64,000 nucleotides of DNA, taken from contig OZ024758.1 in NCBI GenBank assembly GCA_964016885.1, positions 12,772,001 to 12,836,000 of the forward strand, written 5' to 3'. Made by a program: the position numbers and the translations under genes. The stretch is from Eledone cirrhosa (taxonomy: Eukaryota). Position 1 is the stretch's first letter. Each line of letters begins with the position of its first letter. Of this stretch, positions 62,807 to 64,000 are shown piece after piece. The notes under the pieces are model-generated. The model worked only from the letters and a program-made list of their open reading frames with translations. It had not been told where the DNA came from and did not search any database.

Positions 62807-63304
62807 TTTTGCGTGTGTCTGTGTGCATCCAGCCATCCTTTGTATGCTCATATTGCTATACAGAAAAGAAACATGGCTTCTCCCTATCAGAATTAACTCA
62901 AGTCGATAGATTCATCCTTTCTAGTCTACTTAAATAAAACGGCGGTCTGGCTATTGTTATGTAGACATACACACGTCTAATGGCGTCGCATTCCTTCTTC
63001 TCTATGTTGGATCTTTTAATTAGAATCTCCCTACGGTTCTCTTTTATTACATTATTCCTAATGCCTTAAGTTCTGTAATTATAGATAGACATTGAATTAG
63101 CCGCGCCAAAATGGTAGCTTATTGAAAGAATGTCTGGCTTAGCTAAATACGTTACAACATAACGATATATCTATGTATGTATGTATGTATGTATGTATGT
63201 ATGTATGTATGTATGTATGTATGTATGTATGTATGTATGTATGTATTTATGTATGTATGTATGTATGTATGTATGTATGTATGTATGTATGTATGTATGT
63301 ATGT

Positions 63305-63433
63305 ATGTCTTTGTGCCAGAGTTTTCAAGTCGCTGGCTGGACTAAAAAGTCACATTCGTTCAGCGCATCGGTAGGGATTCTCCTACATGGATATAAAGTA
63401 GTGGCCGTACTCGAAAACGAGTTGGCAGCCACC
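63305..63433 (+). mobile_element. 5'-truncated LINE 3' end encoding a C2H2-finger remnant, inside (TATG)n
   Basis: CARVFKSLAGLKSHIRSAHR-stop (TAG 63372-74), short 3' UTR with stem-loop ACTCG aaaa CGAGT, TATG repeats on both sides. Confidence 0.55.
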
Positions 63434-63537
63434 ATGTATGTATGTATGTATATTGTTTCACCTGACGATTAACCGTCCATTCTTCTGTCTATCACTCTGT
63501 CTCACCCACTCTCTCTTTATATATATATATATTTATA

Positions 63538-63749
<212 letters not shown>

Positions 63750-63778
63750 AATGTATATGTAAATATTTATATACATGC

Positions 63779-63871
<93 letters not shown>

Positions 63872-63897
63872 AATGTATATGTAAATATTTATATACA

Positions 63898-63968
<71 letters not shown>

Positions 63969-64000
63969 ATGTATGTATATATGTATGAATATATACATGT

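Overview
AT-rich animal genomic DNA dominated by (TA)n, (CA)n, (GA)n, (CAA)n and (TATG)n microsatellites. The SINE and repeat content resembles an octopod cephalopod, which is an inference from pattern recognition rather than a search. Almost all ORFs in the track are repeat artefacts. One real coding exon is visible (12517-13111, +). It carries an eh1 motif in a Tbx20-like N-terminal context and is followed by a donor site, so the remaining ~51 kb is probably intron. The main hidden signal is a dense population of hammerhead ribozyme (HHR) motifs from several unrelated sequence families. They sit in short cassettes, mostly embedded in (TA)n tracts, and many are folded back into palindromes. 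They include canonical minimal type I HHRs with palindromic stem III, long-stem-II HHRs, a recurrent CAGAAGA core variant, head-to-head HHR pairs, and a 7-copy family that keeps only the GAAAC...GUC half because it folds back or is truncated in the presumed stem II loop. Several families share a GAGYACY motif about 40-65 nt before the 3' (TA)n junction. The picture fits (TA)n-targeting Penelope-like retroelement pLTR derivatives, but no RT or GIY-YIG coding region is visible here. Also present are tRNA-derived CORE-like SINEs, Meta-domain SINEs, Tc1/mariner-type MITEs and a LINE 3' end inside a (TATG)n tract.
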